Below are positions 13,415-25,600 of a DNA stretch of 64,000 nucleotides, piece after piece. A program made the position numbers and the translations under genes. Source of the stretch: Phoronis australis. Lineage: Eukaryota > Animalia > Phoronida. Within the stretch, counting starts at the first letter, position 1; each line of letters begins with the position of its first letter. Under the pieces are notes generated by a model, which saw nothing but the letters and a program-made list of their open reading frames with translations, did not search any database and was not told where the DNA came from. The stretch covers positions 310,001-374,000 of the forward strand of contig NMRA01000087.1 in the NCBI GenBank assembly GCA_002633005.1, read 5' to 3'.

Positions 13415-13518
13415 AATAGTTGGATATAATTTGCCCGCATTTTGAGAACCAGTGTTCTCCACTGAATAACAAGCATCGAACTGGTTCTCAAAATGTGGGC
13501 ACATTAGATCTGACTATT
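13415..13518. mobile_element. Short hairpin/MITE-like repeat, copy 1 (downstream of LRRC20 stop)
   Basis: About 38-bp imperfect arms: atagttggatataatttgcccgcattttgagaaccagt / actggttctcaaaatgtgggcacattagatctgactat. Related inverted copy at 45531-45628. Confidence 0.7.
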
Positions 13519-13645
13519 ACTGCCAGTGTGACTCTGGTTTTAAACAGTCTTTCACATTAAAATTATAATAAGGAAATTTGCCTGTGTTGGCATGGGCAAG
13601 GACACCGAAAAATGCAAGACTCGATGCCGTTTGCTTCACAAGTCC

Positions 13646-13803
13646 TTAATCACCTCCATCAAACAAGTCCCCAGTTTCAGTCAGAGTGACGGTGAAAACT
13701 CGGATGTTAGACAGCTGCTCAACAGTACTGGCTGGCAGGGGGTTGTGCTGGAGATTGATGTCGTCCAATGAAATCATCTGTTGCAACTTGGCCACATCCA
13801 CCT
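13646..13803 (-). CDS. LRRC20: LRRC20 exon 4 (terminal)
   Basis: tttacag|ag; EVDVAKLQQMISLDDINLQHNPL...DGGD*. Not in the ORF track. Confidence 0.88.
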
Positions 13804-16800
13804 CTGTAAAAATGAGATTGTGATAAGTATATTGGATAATCCAATGAAATTAGGTGTTACAACTCGGCTAGACACACTTTATACTCCTGGAAAATATTAA
13901 TGACACGTAACTGGCTTGTCCAATGAAATACAATTTTTTTCTGTTCACTCAACTTTTGGCAACTTCATTTCAAGACTCACTGAGCAAAAAGCGTGTAATC
14001 TATGATTGGAATAAATACCCACAACTTCACAACAGCTAGTCAGAATGTCCTACAGAACAAACAACTATTCGGCTGACAAGTTACTTTTGATACTTTAAAA
14101 AAGTTGTGAATATTCAGTTCAGTGCTCCACAGATTAATGTTCTTTCAATCTGGCAAACCGATGTTTTTAAACCTCAGGTTCTAATTAAGGTTCAAACTGA
14201 AATATTTTTTCAAATAATCCCTAACATAACAGCAACTATACCTTCAATGGCATTACTCTCAGCATTGACGTCTTTAAGCTTCTCCAGTTTGTATACAACT
14301 TTAGGTAACACAGTGAATTTGTTGTAAGATATATCCAAGGTTAAGAGGTCAGACAAATCTTTTAATTCCTCGGGCAGAGTGGACAATTTGTTGTTGCAAA
14401 CTTTCAAATCTGTAAACAAACATAACAAATTAAAGTAAATTTTGCAGACAAAAGTTATTAAACTAAGAAAACAGCATCTCAATCAAGACACATTATCAGT
14501 CAAAACAATTACAGTTATAAAATCAATTTCATTTTGTTTTAACTCAAGCTAAGACCAAGTCCACACCAAAATTAATGCTTTTTCAGAATTTGCAAGGGAT
14601 GAATGAAAAATCATATTGTGACAAATGCAAAATGGCCATTCAAAGAAAAAACTCCAGCTAAGTTACATTCATAAGGTCGTAATATATGGTGATTGACACC
14701 AAGCAAACTCTCAGGATTGGAAATCAATGATTTGTATTGAATGGTAACACACCTTGAAAATCCATACTATGTAGTTTGGTCTTTGCCTATCACAAATCTG
14801 CAAAGACCAGGGCCCGGTCTCCAATCTTTTTACTCGAAATGGAACTCAAAATTAGGTTTGGCATTTTCTACTCTACTTTTGGGCGAACTCAAGATAAGTG
14901 TCTGTTATTCTATGCTCGAGTACACAATAACTTACGTAGATAATTTATTGCCCTTAGTTCACAGTTTGTAAACCCAATATTAAAGCAATAAGTTCGAGTT
15001 TGAACTCGAAACTTTGAGTTTTTACTCGAGTTTGTAGCACCAATATAAGGGTCTTCAAGGGCAAACTTGAACTAGAAACTCCTATGCATAAACTATAATG
15101 TATTCGAGCACAGTCTGATAACCAATTATCTTAAGTTTGCACAAAAGGAGCAGAGAAATTGTAAAAAATAGTTTCAAGTTCGTTTCGAGTACAAAGATTA
15201 GAGACCGGGTCCAGGGTTTTATCCAGGATTGCAATAGTGGTAGTCCAAATTTCCAAAAAAAATGATCGAGCACGGGAGTGTATGTAGAATGCATATGTCA
15301 ATCATGACGGAAACCGCAGACGACACTGGCTGTGCAAAATTCTAGAACCTCTACCCGAAACCACAAGCGTCGGGCTCTACAGACACAGTGAAGAGTTGTA
15401 ACGGCTTGGAAGTTTTTCACAGGGTGTAACCATAAATATTGGATAAGTCAAAGAAACCTTTATAAGACCAATGAAATGAGCTCAAATTGGATAAGCCAGT
15501 GACAATGAAAAATTCACCAAAACAAACCAATTCATCTAACTGATAAATGCACAAGCAACAACCAATAAAAGTCATGGAAAGCCTTTCTATTCCCAGGTAT
15601 GTTGGGCTGCAGGTAACACCAGTCTGTGTCATGAGGCGCGCAGAATATTGAAAAATACACCACGAAAGCACATTTGCACATTAAATTTCTTATTTCTGAA
15701 ATGACTGATGGCCTATTTCTCTGAGCAACGACTGACCAGACAATAACATTGAGAAAGTGGCCATCATTTCAAGCAGCTTTTTAAAATTTTGCCCGTCAGT
15801 CTTTTTTAATTCTGACCATCCCGTCGAACCCGTCCAAAATAACACTCTGCGGAGGATGCTCAAACCCTTGATAGGGACCATGCCTTTTAGTGAAGTTTCT
15901 CAAAAAGAAAAGTATATTCAAAGAAAAACAACAGTAACAACAACGTGACCAAATTTCATTTAATATAAATTTTAAAGATGAAATCTCAAAAACTCTGTTA
16001 CAGTTTTCTAATATCATTTTGTTTTCAATTATGTAACTTTCAATTTTTTTTCAGGAAAATCATAAAAGTCTGATTTTTGATAACCCCTCGTGCAAAAATA
16101 GAACATTTTAGAAACAACCAACAGTATTTTGGAGAAAGGTGTATAAAGCATTAAATTTGACAGTTTCATAAGATACGAATCCGATCAGTCATTTATGAGA
16201 TGTGATGCTCCAAGTTGGCCATTTTTGTATTTTTTCTAGGATCACACGTAACATCAAATTAATGATTGTAATCATATCGAACTCAAACTAATTTTGTTGT
16301 CCAATGTCAGTTTTATGCTTCAATGGCTTTAAGTACATTTCCTGTTTACCAATTTTCTCAATTTTGAGTACCTAAATTTTAGCGTTTTTGCTCCTTATGC
16401 ACTGTGAAATTTGTTTCTTTGATGATTTAGTTCAACATCACTTGTTTGCTTTTGAATAATTTGAGTTCAAAATCAAACCACAAGTTCCCTCACTATAGTT
16501 CACTAAATGACTTTAAGGTTCAAGTCCCGATTAGGCAAAAAGTCTTTTCAGACTTATATTCATTAGGTCATGTGATGTGGCAACAACTGGCATGCCGACC
16601 AGAATTAAAAATGTTTGCGATAAGGTTACTTGATGCAAATAAACAGAAGTTTCTTTTTCAATAAATATAAATTAACTGTGATCTCTACACCTGTGTTTAT
16701 GCCTTTTCTCATGCTTAATTAGAACAATGACGGCATTGCAAAATTTGATGTCGCTTTAAGTACGGAGGCAAAAGCTCAACCCAAAATCACCATTTTTCAA

Positions 16801-19800
16801 ATTTAGTATACTAATCCTTTCTCTGAAATCAAAAACAACACTCTAATGATTTATCGCAAGTCAAGGTCATCAAACAAGCACTGTCACTACTTTATGGCTT
16901 TGTAGCAAACTGTGCCGAGCCCCCTTAAATATTGCTTCAACTACAGTATATCTATATAAATGTGAAGATAAACACCACAAGACATCACAATAAATCACAC
17001 ACCGCTCATAACAAGAGCTTACCTGTGAGGTGGGTGAATTTGAGAGCAAGCTTGGACGGGATTTTACGTATCACATTGAATGACAGATCACAGGCCTCCA
17101 CAGGTGTGTTTTTCAGGAGGAAGAAGACAGCATCAGGTACCTGCATGAGTTGACAACTGGAGAGATCTGGAAATAAATGAAGACTAGTTGCAAACCACAT
17201 TAATGACAATGGCATAGTACTTCATTTTTGTCTCTCTTGTTTCCTCCCAAGCTAGCTGGACAGGATAGAGTTTAAAAGTGAACTTACAACTACAAGCAGC
17301 TGAAAATTGCCAATGAGGACCCACAATTTACTCACGGCATCATCAAGGAGTGAGATACACTAAATATATGACAAGAGTGACTGGAAACATTGCTGTAGTA
17401 TCAACTATCAGTCTGACATTAAGATCAAACTTAGATTACAGAACCCTCCACTGAAAGGGCTGAAATATATAAGCCTTACACAGTGCGGAAAATTGTGTAC
17501 CTGTCCTGCATTCATGTCACAATTAGGTAGTGATGGAAAAGGTGAGCGGTGATGGTGATACACTAAATATGCAGACGAAGGCTTGAGGTGAGTGAAATCA
17601 TGTGCAAATTGTAGGTTAATGTTGAACTTGACATGGCTATATTAACTAAACATCTTTATTTACAGAAAAGCTGAACTTCATTGTGGAATATGTTCTCTCC
17701 ACTTTCCTCACATTAATTCACAGAAATCACTTTATTGCCAGCTATATGAGAAGCTATCAGTTCCCACACTGCCAAAAGATGCCCTAACGCAGACTTGGAA
17801 ATGCAAATTGCTTGGTCATTTTGGTTGCAGAAGTGTTCTGCAGTGCACACAAACAATTTTAAGTAGGCAAATTTAAGAATGATAGTTATTGCATTTGTAT
17901 TGCTGCAGCAAGGGAGTTAGACTAGCTGCAGCGGCATCCCAAAGGTGAGCAACACCTCAAGGGCAAGCAGCACCCTAAGGGCGTGAGCACCCCAAGGGCA
18001 AGAAGCACCCACAGGCATGTAGCACCTCAAGGCGAGCAACACCCCAAGGGCAAGCAGGACACCAAGGGCGAGCAGCACTTACAGAGAAGAACTGCAAAAA
18101 GTGGTGGGACCCCAAGCAGGTTGTGAAACTATTACAAAAACCGCAAATTCAGACGGCAGCAGTTTCAAAATCTTGATATTAAATCAACACATCATTTACT
18201 GAGATTGACACAATCAATGCATTAGGTTATCATCTCCACCAAAAACCTGTGACAATCTTAAATTCACAATGAGGCACAATTTCCGGTTAGTCACAAATCA
18301 ACTCTTTGTCAGCAGAATGAATGTCAAATTACAGCAGGGAATTGACACATCTGCAAAAAGTGGCTAAATAAACGATCACTTTTCCAATACATCACAACTT
18401 AACTTGCAGTCCAATAAAATCAAAAGTGACACCTACCTTGTTCGTTACAACAAATTTATTGGTACCATTTTCTTACTTTTGTAAAAATATGTCAATCATC
18501 ATTCGAAACATAAACATTTACTCAAAGACGAAACAGAATCGATTAAACTGCACTGAATTCAGTGAACAGGATAGAATATACAAAACAGCATTGAGTTCAG
18601 GATATGAAATCGATGAGTGCAGATTGAATTGATGCAATAGCATTCATACACAGGATAGGATTGAATTGTCGTACAATTGGCATCGAGTTCATTAAATGGA
18701 ACTGAATATACAATTTGATTTTTTGCAGAAATGGCTGCCCATACATGACTGCTCCTAACAGCAGAACAATGAATTAATTCCTAGTTGTTTTCAAGCCACT
18801 CACTGGTGCCAAATTAGTTTACTCAAGGAAGACTGTAGGCTGTTCATTGTAATTAATTTTGCTTCAGAACTTGTTTCTAAGTTTTTTTACCCATATCATT
18901 CCAAAGCTATATATGTTATATATACAGGCTTGCATCAAGGATATCCTACGATTTTTACCTCTGGCTGACTGGTTCTAAGCTTACTGCAGGAGCTGTAGTT
19001 GGTCCATCAAAGCTGTAACTGTAAGATAGCATTATTGGCCAACGGGGATTGCCGGGAGCTGGCAATAACTTTTGATTGAAAATATACTGAAAACCAAAAA
19101 AACAAATAAGTTTAGACTTACCTGTCAATAAACTTTGTCCAATTTTGATATCCTTTCAAATAGGTCCTTTACTGTTATAATTCAGTTCTGTTACCAGTGC
19201 AGTTTAGCTCAGACACATGCTAAAAATTGTCAGTTTATAGCCACTTTCCAACTGCAAAAATCACCACTGTTTTGGTCAGGTGACCTATAATTTGCATATT
19301 TATGACACAAAACTGAAATGGGATAAATGCAGGTTTAGCCAATTTATTATTCATAGGTAATTGTGTCCATACTGTTTCATATACTTTATTTTAGCAAAGT
19401 GAATACTGTTCAGAATTCCTATTACAGAGCCATCGCCTGCACACCCTTAAATGTCCAGAGGCAATGTATTGCCTAAGTACTACTGGAAACAGGAACACAA
19501 ACATTTAATAATTTGCATTTAAATTACACATCCCTGCATAAGCTACCAGTGGTTTCTATTGGAGGGTGAAGATTTTGTTAAGCATAGGCCATCAGACTGG
19601 GTCCGATTTATTTTCAGAATGTCTGATCAGATTTCACATTAGTACAGACATTTACCCAATTCATTTCTGGGAATGGTCTTGACAAAATTCACGCTCTCTG
19701 CCTTCATGTTTGTCACGAACTTTACGATTCAAGACAAAGAATCACTCCGCTTGAAAGTTTTTCATTCTCCTATAGTCAATTTGGGTCAAACTTAATGGTT

Positions 19801-22007
19801 ACCATACTCCAATCTTATTGGGTGTTGCTTTTGTATTTTTTACTTAGACGAATACTATTGGTTGCTTTTGCGATATTTCTCGTGTCATCAGCTAATTTAA
19901 ATTGAGCTTATCTCATTAATTTCTAAGGAGCTATGGTGGCTGATCCAATGATAACCCCCAGCGTTCGAAATACACACTGGCCTGGTGGCCTGGGGCTAGT
20001 GGATTTGCGGCTGGGCCAGTAGCCTTCACATAAAGGCTCTACCTAGATGTGCTCTCCTATTCAAGTCTTAACTCCTATGATACAAACTTCTTCAGGTGTT
20101 TTTGTTGTTTGATACTAAGAAATGATTAAAATATCAGTTTCAATGCATACCGTGATTGAGACGCTTACAAGGAAGTCACGCATTTCTAAAGATATGTGTT
20201 AAATTTCCCATCTCGTCCTTCTGAGCAGCTTTTACCAGGATCAAAGAGAGCGCGCCGCTGGAGTACAATACAGTTGTGACGATCGCATTTTCCGATGTAA
20301 GACCCAATTAAGTGTAATTATCAGACCATAAACTGTAGTAAACATCTCTACCTGTACAAAGTGGCGAATTTTCTAAATGCATTAACCAATAATTTCTGTT
20401 AAAACGAACACCACGGCGGTATTCAGCGAGAAAAAACGACCACGTCTGGTTTTTGATTTTTAAAAATCGATGAACGCATAACTTTAGATAAAAACTACAA
20501 ATGTTGGGTACGATTCATAAATGATCATGCGTATTGATATACTCGGTGGATTTACAAACGCTGACCAGAGTTAACGATATCGTATAGATTATTCTTTTAA
20601 CTGTTTCAATCTCGTTTAACCAGATTTTTGACTAGGAAACAGTTGTCCTTAACGTGTGCCAACTAATTTTTTATGACTGACAAAAAGCTAGAATAGTTAT
20701 GTAGTCTGTGCAACTAAAATTGCCCAGAGATTCAAAATATTCAGTTTGGCCATCACCATATTTGCACTTTTGTATATTTTTATGATTTGAGTTCTAACAC
20801 AGATTAAAAGTTTAGTCTTGTTTGCTGTGAAATGTTTAGTGTAGCTGCAATCTGGAAAGTTCAGGGATAGATTCACAATTAACTAATCTAATAAAGTTTC
20901 GCTAGCCATCAAAATTAACCACTGTTTTGGTACTTCAATTTTAAAAATAAAAAAAAGATATCAACTCATTCTCAGTAAGAAAAAACAAATATACAGGAGT
21001 ATTAAACTGAAATAACGAAAACTGGTATGGAACATTTTTAAAACCATCATTCCTTTGGGAATTATCTTGTTGTGAAGATAAACACAAATTAACTTATTTA
21101 GTCCTGTAATATTTAAAATGTGCCAAGTTAAAATTACTCTTCACAGACGCAGGCTGTAACTCAAATTTGGGTGTACTAACAACCATCATTGTTGAGACAC
21201 TAGTGCTAGCTGCCTTTCCACTTCATTAGCTCAGATCTACGTCAATACATTTAGGGTGAGTTGAATAGGCATCATAAAAGTTGTCTGGGGATAAGGGAAT
21301 CTGAGCAGTGACCAGTGTAAAGGCCCGTTTAGACATCAACTTTTAATGCAGTGCAACTGACGCGGTGCAACTTGATCGGCGTCAAGTGGCGGTTTGCACA
21401 CACAATTTCATTAACTACGTGACAAGACGGAAATTGGATGCGGGAGAGACTAGAATGCACATGCGCAGGTATTTAAATAGGGGCGTTGCAGAGACAGAGA
21501 GCCCGTATGTAGGTCATTGCCCAAGTGCAGTAAAGATGATCCTTTATGCCTTGCCCCAGTTTCGCGTTTATGTAATTGACACGGAGCAAGATCGATGTTC
21601 GAGCGCAAATTGCCCCACGTCACCTCACAAACGGGTGGCAAAAGTTGTCACCACTGTGTCAGTTTGCTCCGTGACAGGAACATCTCGTTCCGTGTCAGCT
21701 GATCCGTGTTAACTTTTGTAGTGTAAACGTGAATTCTTCACGTGGAGGGGAGCGGCAAATGATGATTTAGTCGAGTTGAGAAAAAGCAAAATTATATTAA
21801 TGACATGAAATATGCGCATCGTCAGAAAGGGGAGAGATTTGCTACCGAGATAGTGTATTATGGACTTATCCAATACTAGCACTCGTACTGGTTCGAACTG
21901 GCACACTGACCGAACCACGTCAACAACAAAGGATTTTTACCCAGTTTCCTGTCTTCTTTAGCATCGTCGCATCTTTTGACAACTTTCGTTACTTCCTTGC
22001 CAGCCAT
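13646..22007 (-). CDS. LRRC20: Leucine-rich repeat-containing protein 20 (178 aa, 4 exons)
   Basis: Exons 22007-21941, 17166-17023, 14409-14242 and 13803-13646; all introns phase 1, GT-AG; 537 nt total. MAGKEVTKVVKRCDDAKEDRKLDLSSCQLMQVPDAVFFLLKNT... matches the LRRC20 N-terminus and short LRR array as I recall them. Confidence 0.9.
14242..14409 (-). CDS. LRRC20: LRRC20 exon 3
   Basis: tttacag|at...gaa g|gtatag; LRRs DLKVCNNKLSTLPEELKDLSDLLTLDISYNKF. Confidence 0.9.
14811..15211. mobile_element. PIF/Harbinger-like MITE (401 bp)
   Basis: About 40-bp imperfect TIRs (ggcccggtctccaatctttttactcgaaa / tttcgagtacaaagattagagaccgggtc), CAG on both flanks (14808-14810, 15212-15214) as a 3-bp TSD, internal actcga/tcgagt repeats, non-coding. 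Confidence 0.8.
17023..17166 (-). CDS. LRRC20: LRRC20 exon 2
   Basis: tttccag|at...aca g|gtaagc; DLSSCQLMQVPDAVF...KFTHLT. Confidence 0.9.
17940..18080. repeat. Degenerate 17-19-bp minisatellite (gggcaagcagcacccYaa-like, about 8 units)
   Basis: Recurring aagggc(g/a)agcagcacc units visible. Confidence 0.8.
21941..22007 (-). CDS. LRRC20: LRRC20 exon 1
   Basis: ATG at 22007, MAGKEVTKVVKRCDDAKEDRKL, donor g|gtaaaa. Confidence 0.88.
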
Positions 22008-22676
22008 TGTACATTTAGTCAGGTTCAATGAGATTCTTAGAACATAAGAGTAGATGGAGTAACGATATTTAAAATATTAAGCAAAAATCTTCGTCATGTT
22101 TATTGACCGAGTCAGCTGACATCTTGTTTTGGTTTGCAGGATCCCTTTCCTCTAACAAAATATGACACTTAAAATAAATTCCAAATCTACCTAGTTCCTT
22201 TAAAAAATACAACGCCAGGTAGTAAACATCGTCATATTTGATAGAACCAGTCTAATGTCATAAAGTTAATAGATTTAGATATTACACCAGGTTCCAGTAC
22301 AGTGCCGATGTTAATTTAGGTAAGGGGCCAAGTGACGTCAAACGCGGAAATAAACCAGGAACAAATGTGAGAGTGCTGGAATTTCCTCGTGCAAGGATTT
22401 TCTGGGGTATCGGTTCATACTACCACTTCAAACGTCGTTCCGACTTTATCTCATCATAACGGATAGACTATTCAGTTTTTGTCATAAACGTGTTTTTGAT
22501 CTTTGAACTTTTTATCCGAAGTTGATGTTATCTCGGCGATATCTTTACGAGTCGAGAAGAGTGAATCTTAGATTTAGAACTTCCTCAAGACTCACATAGA
22601 TGTTGGTGTTCACTAAGGCGTTTTATAAGTTCGCATGAAGTTTGAATAACTCGAGGAAGAGCATCTTAAATAGGAA
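22008..22676. promoter_or_regulatory. Putative bidirectional promoter and 5' UTRs of LRRC20 and BCAP-like gene
   Basis: Divergent ATGs at 22007(-) and 22677(+). Perfect CRE TGACGTCA at 22333-22340; kappaB-like TGGAATTTCC at 22377-22386; locally CpG-rich. Confidence 0.65.
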
Positions 22677-22683
22677 ATGGCGG
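22677..22683 (+). CDS. PIK3AP1: BCAP-like exon 1 coding part (ATG GCG G)
   Basis: aaATGGCGG|gtgagt; strong start context and donor; phase 1 fits exon 2. Confidence 0.7.
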
Positions 22684-25600
22684 GTGAGTGTGTTCAGTTG
22701 ATCACCATGTCAATAATTAATTTCTGTTAATTTCTATAACCGGGTATTGACGTTTGTGTGCGGCCTCGCAGATGCCGGTCTTGCTTAAGAATGCTTCAGA
22801 TTATTTCTTACTGTTTACTGTATTTATGCTATTAAATACCTCAAACGAAACTCAAGTTTTTGCAGCTGTGACAGTGTATGGCTTGTTCTGTAGATAACTG
22901 TAAGTAACACATTCACAAAGGGAGCCAAAAGAAACTTGTCCTGTTTCCTGGCGACATGTACTTCATCAGTAGATTCCTGGAACTTGTGGAAGTCTCGGTG
23001 CCATCAACTGATCAAGAGCCTGGTTTATCAGGAAATCTGGCCTAAAATCCTATTATGTGGAGCACATCAGTTACCACCTTAGCGATGGCTACATGGCCAG
23101 TACTAAAACACTGGCTACTAATGTAAAGGAATTTATTAAATCCTGGATTAAAATTGGTGATTTTTCACTTTATTTGGGCTCTAAAGCTAATTCCTCTTAA
23201 AAAAGTTAAGATCATTTTTACACAATGTAATATCATGTTTGAATAGTTTGTGAAAACCGCATGTGATTAGGATTTTGAAATTTGGTGGGGCGGGGATGGG
23301 GGGGGGCATGGTGACTTGCCAACAAATAGTTATCACTGTTATAATATGATACTCGCATGCTTGAATTTATACGGGCTACCAGGATTCTGCAAATGCGACC
23401 TGGAAATTTGCATCGGCCAAGTCGTAAATGGCTACCTACCAATTTTTGTAGGATCAAGGAAATATTACCCACGTTACAACTTATTTTGGTCAGTTGACTT
23501 GCGTAATTTGCATATTAGCAACAAAAGATAAAAGGAAATTAATCATAGTTTCTCATCAAGTCCTAATTAATTATTCACAGGTAATTGTTTCTGGGCCTAC
23601 CATGTATTGTAATCAATACGCAAACTAATTAAAAATTCCCATTACAAGCCCATGACCCTGCAGGTGGTTACCACGACATGGTGGGTTGTCTACTAATTAT
23701 TACAAGTTCCCTATCTTCAGACATTATTGTAGTTGTGTTATCTAAGGCCTCCCCTACACAGTGGCAGTTTATGCCTTATCATGCAGACTGTTTAATGTCA
23801 CCATGAAGAAGATTATGGCTACTTGGTAATGTGTAGTTAACACAAATAGTCTGGCTTATCTGAATCTGAGTAACTTCATATTGTGCAAACTGTGGTGTCC
23901 CACAGGTTGATTATATTAAAGTGTTCCAGTTTTCAGACTGGGTTCACCTTAAATGACCTAATTCTTAAACCACTGGTAGGCTAGACTAATTAGTTCCTAG
24001 CTGCGACTAGACCACTTCAGTGTAGGTGTACTCTGTGGTGGTAGAGTGCAAAACTGTGTAGATGTTTTACAATGCTGGTTCAGTGTCCTTGTGCTGTGGA
24101 ACCCTTTCTGACATGGATTGAGTCAAATAGCCTGGGTGTAATATCATAATTCAAGACTCAATCTGGCTCCCATGCCAGAACAAAAGTTTAGGCTTCAGAA
24201 AATGTATTTCAGAAATGGCTGGTCATTTGGTTCAAATGAAACTTTCAGATATGCTTTATGGGCTGTTCTCCAAAACTTTGTTGTTTGGTTATTGTTCTGC
24301 TTTTGAATGAGGGGCTATTAAAATTAGGGCTTTAATGACGTGCATGAAAAACTCACAAAGTTTAAACAAGAATGAGGTGTCATGATTACCAAACTGTAAA
24401 AGGTTTTTGAGATTTCATTTTGATCATTAATAGAAAACGCAAGTTTGGTCATTGTATGGATACTGTTGTTTTACCATCAGTGTGCCTCTAACTTGCTAAA
24501 TTTTGCAAAAAACATGGTCACAAAAAGTGAGGGCTATATCCACCATCCCGCTGTGGTGCGCTGCCCATGTTACCTAATCAAATTCTATTGGCTCTATACT
24601 TTCAGAAAATATATAATTATATAAAGGAAAACGTGGCTGTACTTCAGGAGCAAGTTTTTGAATATATGCAAAATTCGTTGAATACATGACACTTGTTGTT
24701 ATTAACAATCTTTATTCCGTTCTGTTCGTTCCCTCGGAACAAAGTTCGACACTCAACAGAACATGTCTTTTGGTCAGTTGCTTTACCAATGTTGACTGNA
24801 TTATTCACAGGTAATTGTTTCTGGGCCTACCATGTATTGTAATCAATAAGCAAACTAATTAAAAATTCCCATTACAAGCCCATGACCCTGCAGGTGGTTA
24901 CCACGACATGGTGGGTTGTCTACTAATTATTACAAGTTCCCTATCTTCAGACATTATTGTAGTTGTGTTATCTAAGGCCTCCCCTACACAGTGGCAGTTT
25001 ATGCCTTATCATGCAGACTGTTTAATGTCACCATGAAGAAGATTATGGCTACTTGGTAATGTGTAGTTAACACAAATAGTCTGGCTTATCTGAATCTGAG
25101 TAACTTCATTCTGTGCAAACTGTGGTGTCCCACAGGTTGATTATATTAAAGTGTTCCAGTTTTCAGACTGGGTTCACCTTAAATGACCTAATTCTTAAAC
25201 CACTGGCAGGCTAGACTACTTCAGTGTTGGTGTACTCTGTGGTGGTAGAGTGCAAAACTGTGCAGATGTTTTACAATGCAGGTTCAGTGTCCTTGTGCTG
25301 TGGAACCCTTTCTGACATGGATTGAGTCAAATAGCCTGGGTGTAATATCTTAATTCAAGACTCAATCTGGCTCCCATGCCAGAACAAAAGTTTAGGCTTC
25401 AGAAAATCTATTTCAGAAATGGCTGGTCATTTGGTTCAAATGAAACTTTCAGATATGCTTTATGGGCTGTTCTCCAAAACTTTGTTGTTTTGTTATTATT
25501 CTGCTTTTGAATGAGGGGCTATTAAAATTAGGGCTTTAATGACGTGCATGAAAAACTCACAAAGTTTAAACAAGAATGAGGTGTCATGATTACCAAACTG

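Noticed and set aside
19122-19219. Perfect minus-strand donor CAG|GTAAGT in LRRC20 intron 1 as an extra coding exon
   Set aside because: Every nearby acceptor gives an in-frame stop or a frameshift; at most a poison or cryptic exon, with no support
21322-21730. 115-aa ORF, or a Harbinger MITE with ggcccgtttagac...gtgtaaacg ends
   Set aside because: No protein motif; the terminal match is too short and degenerate to call, though an old TE remnant is plausible
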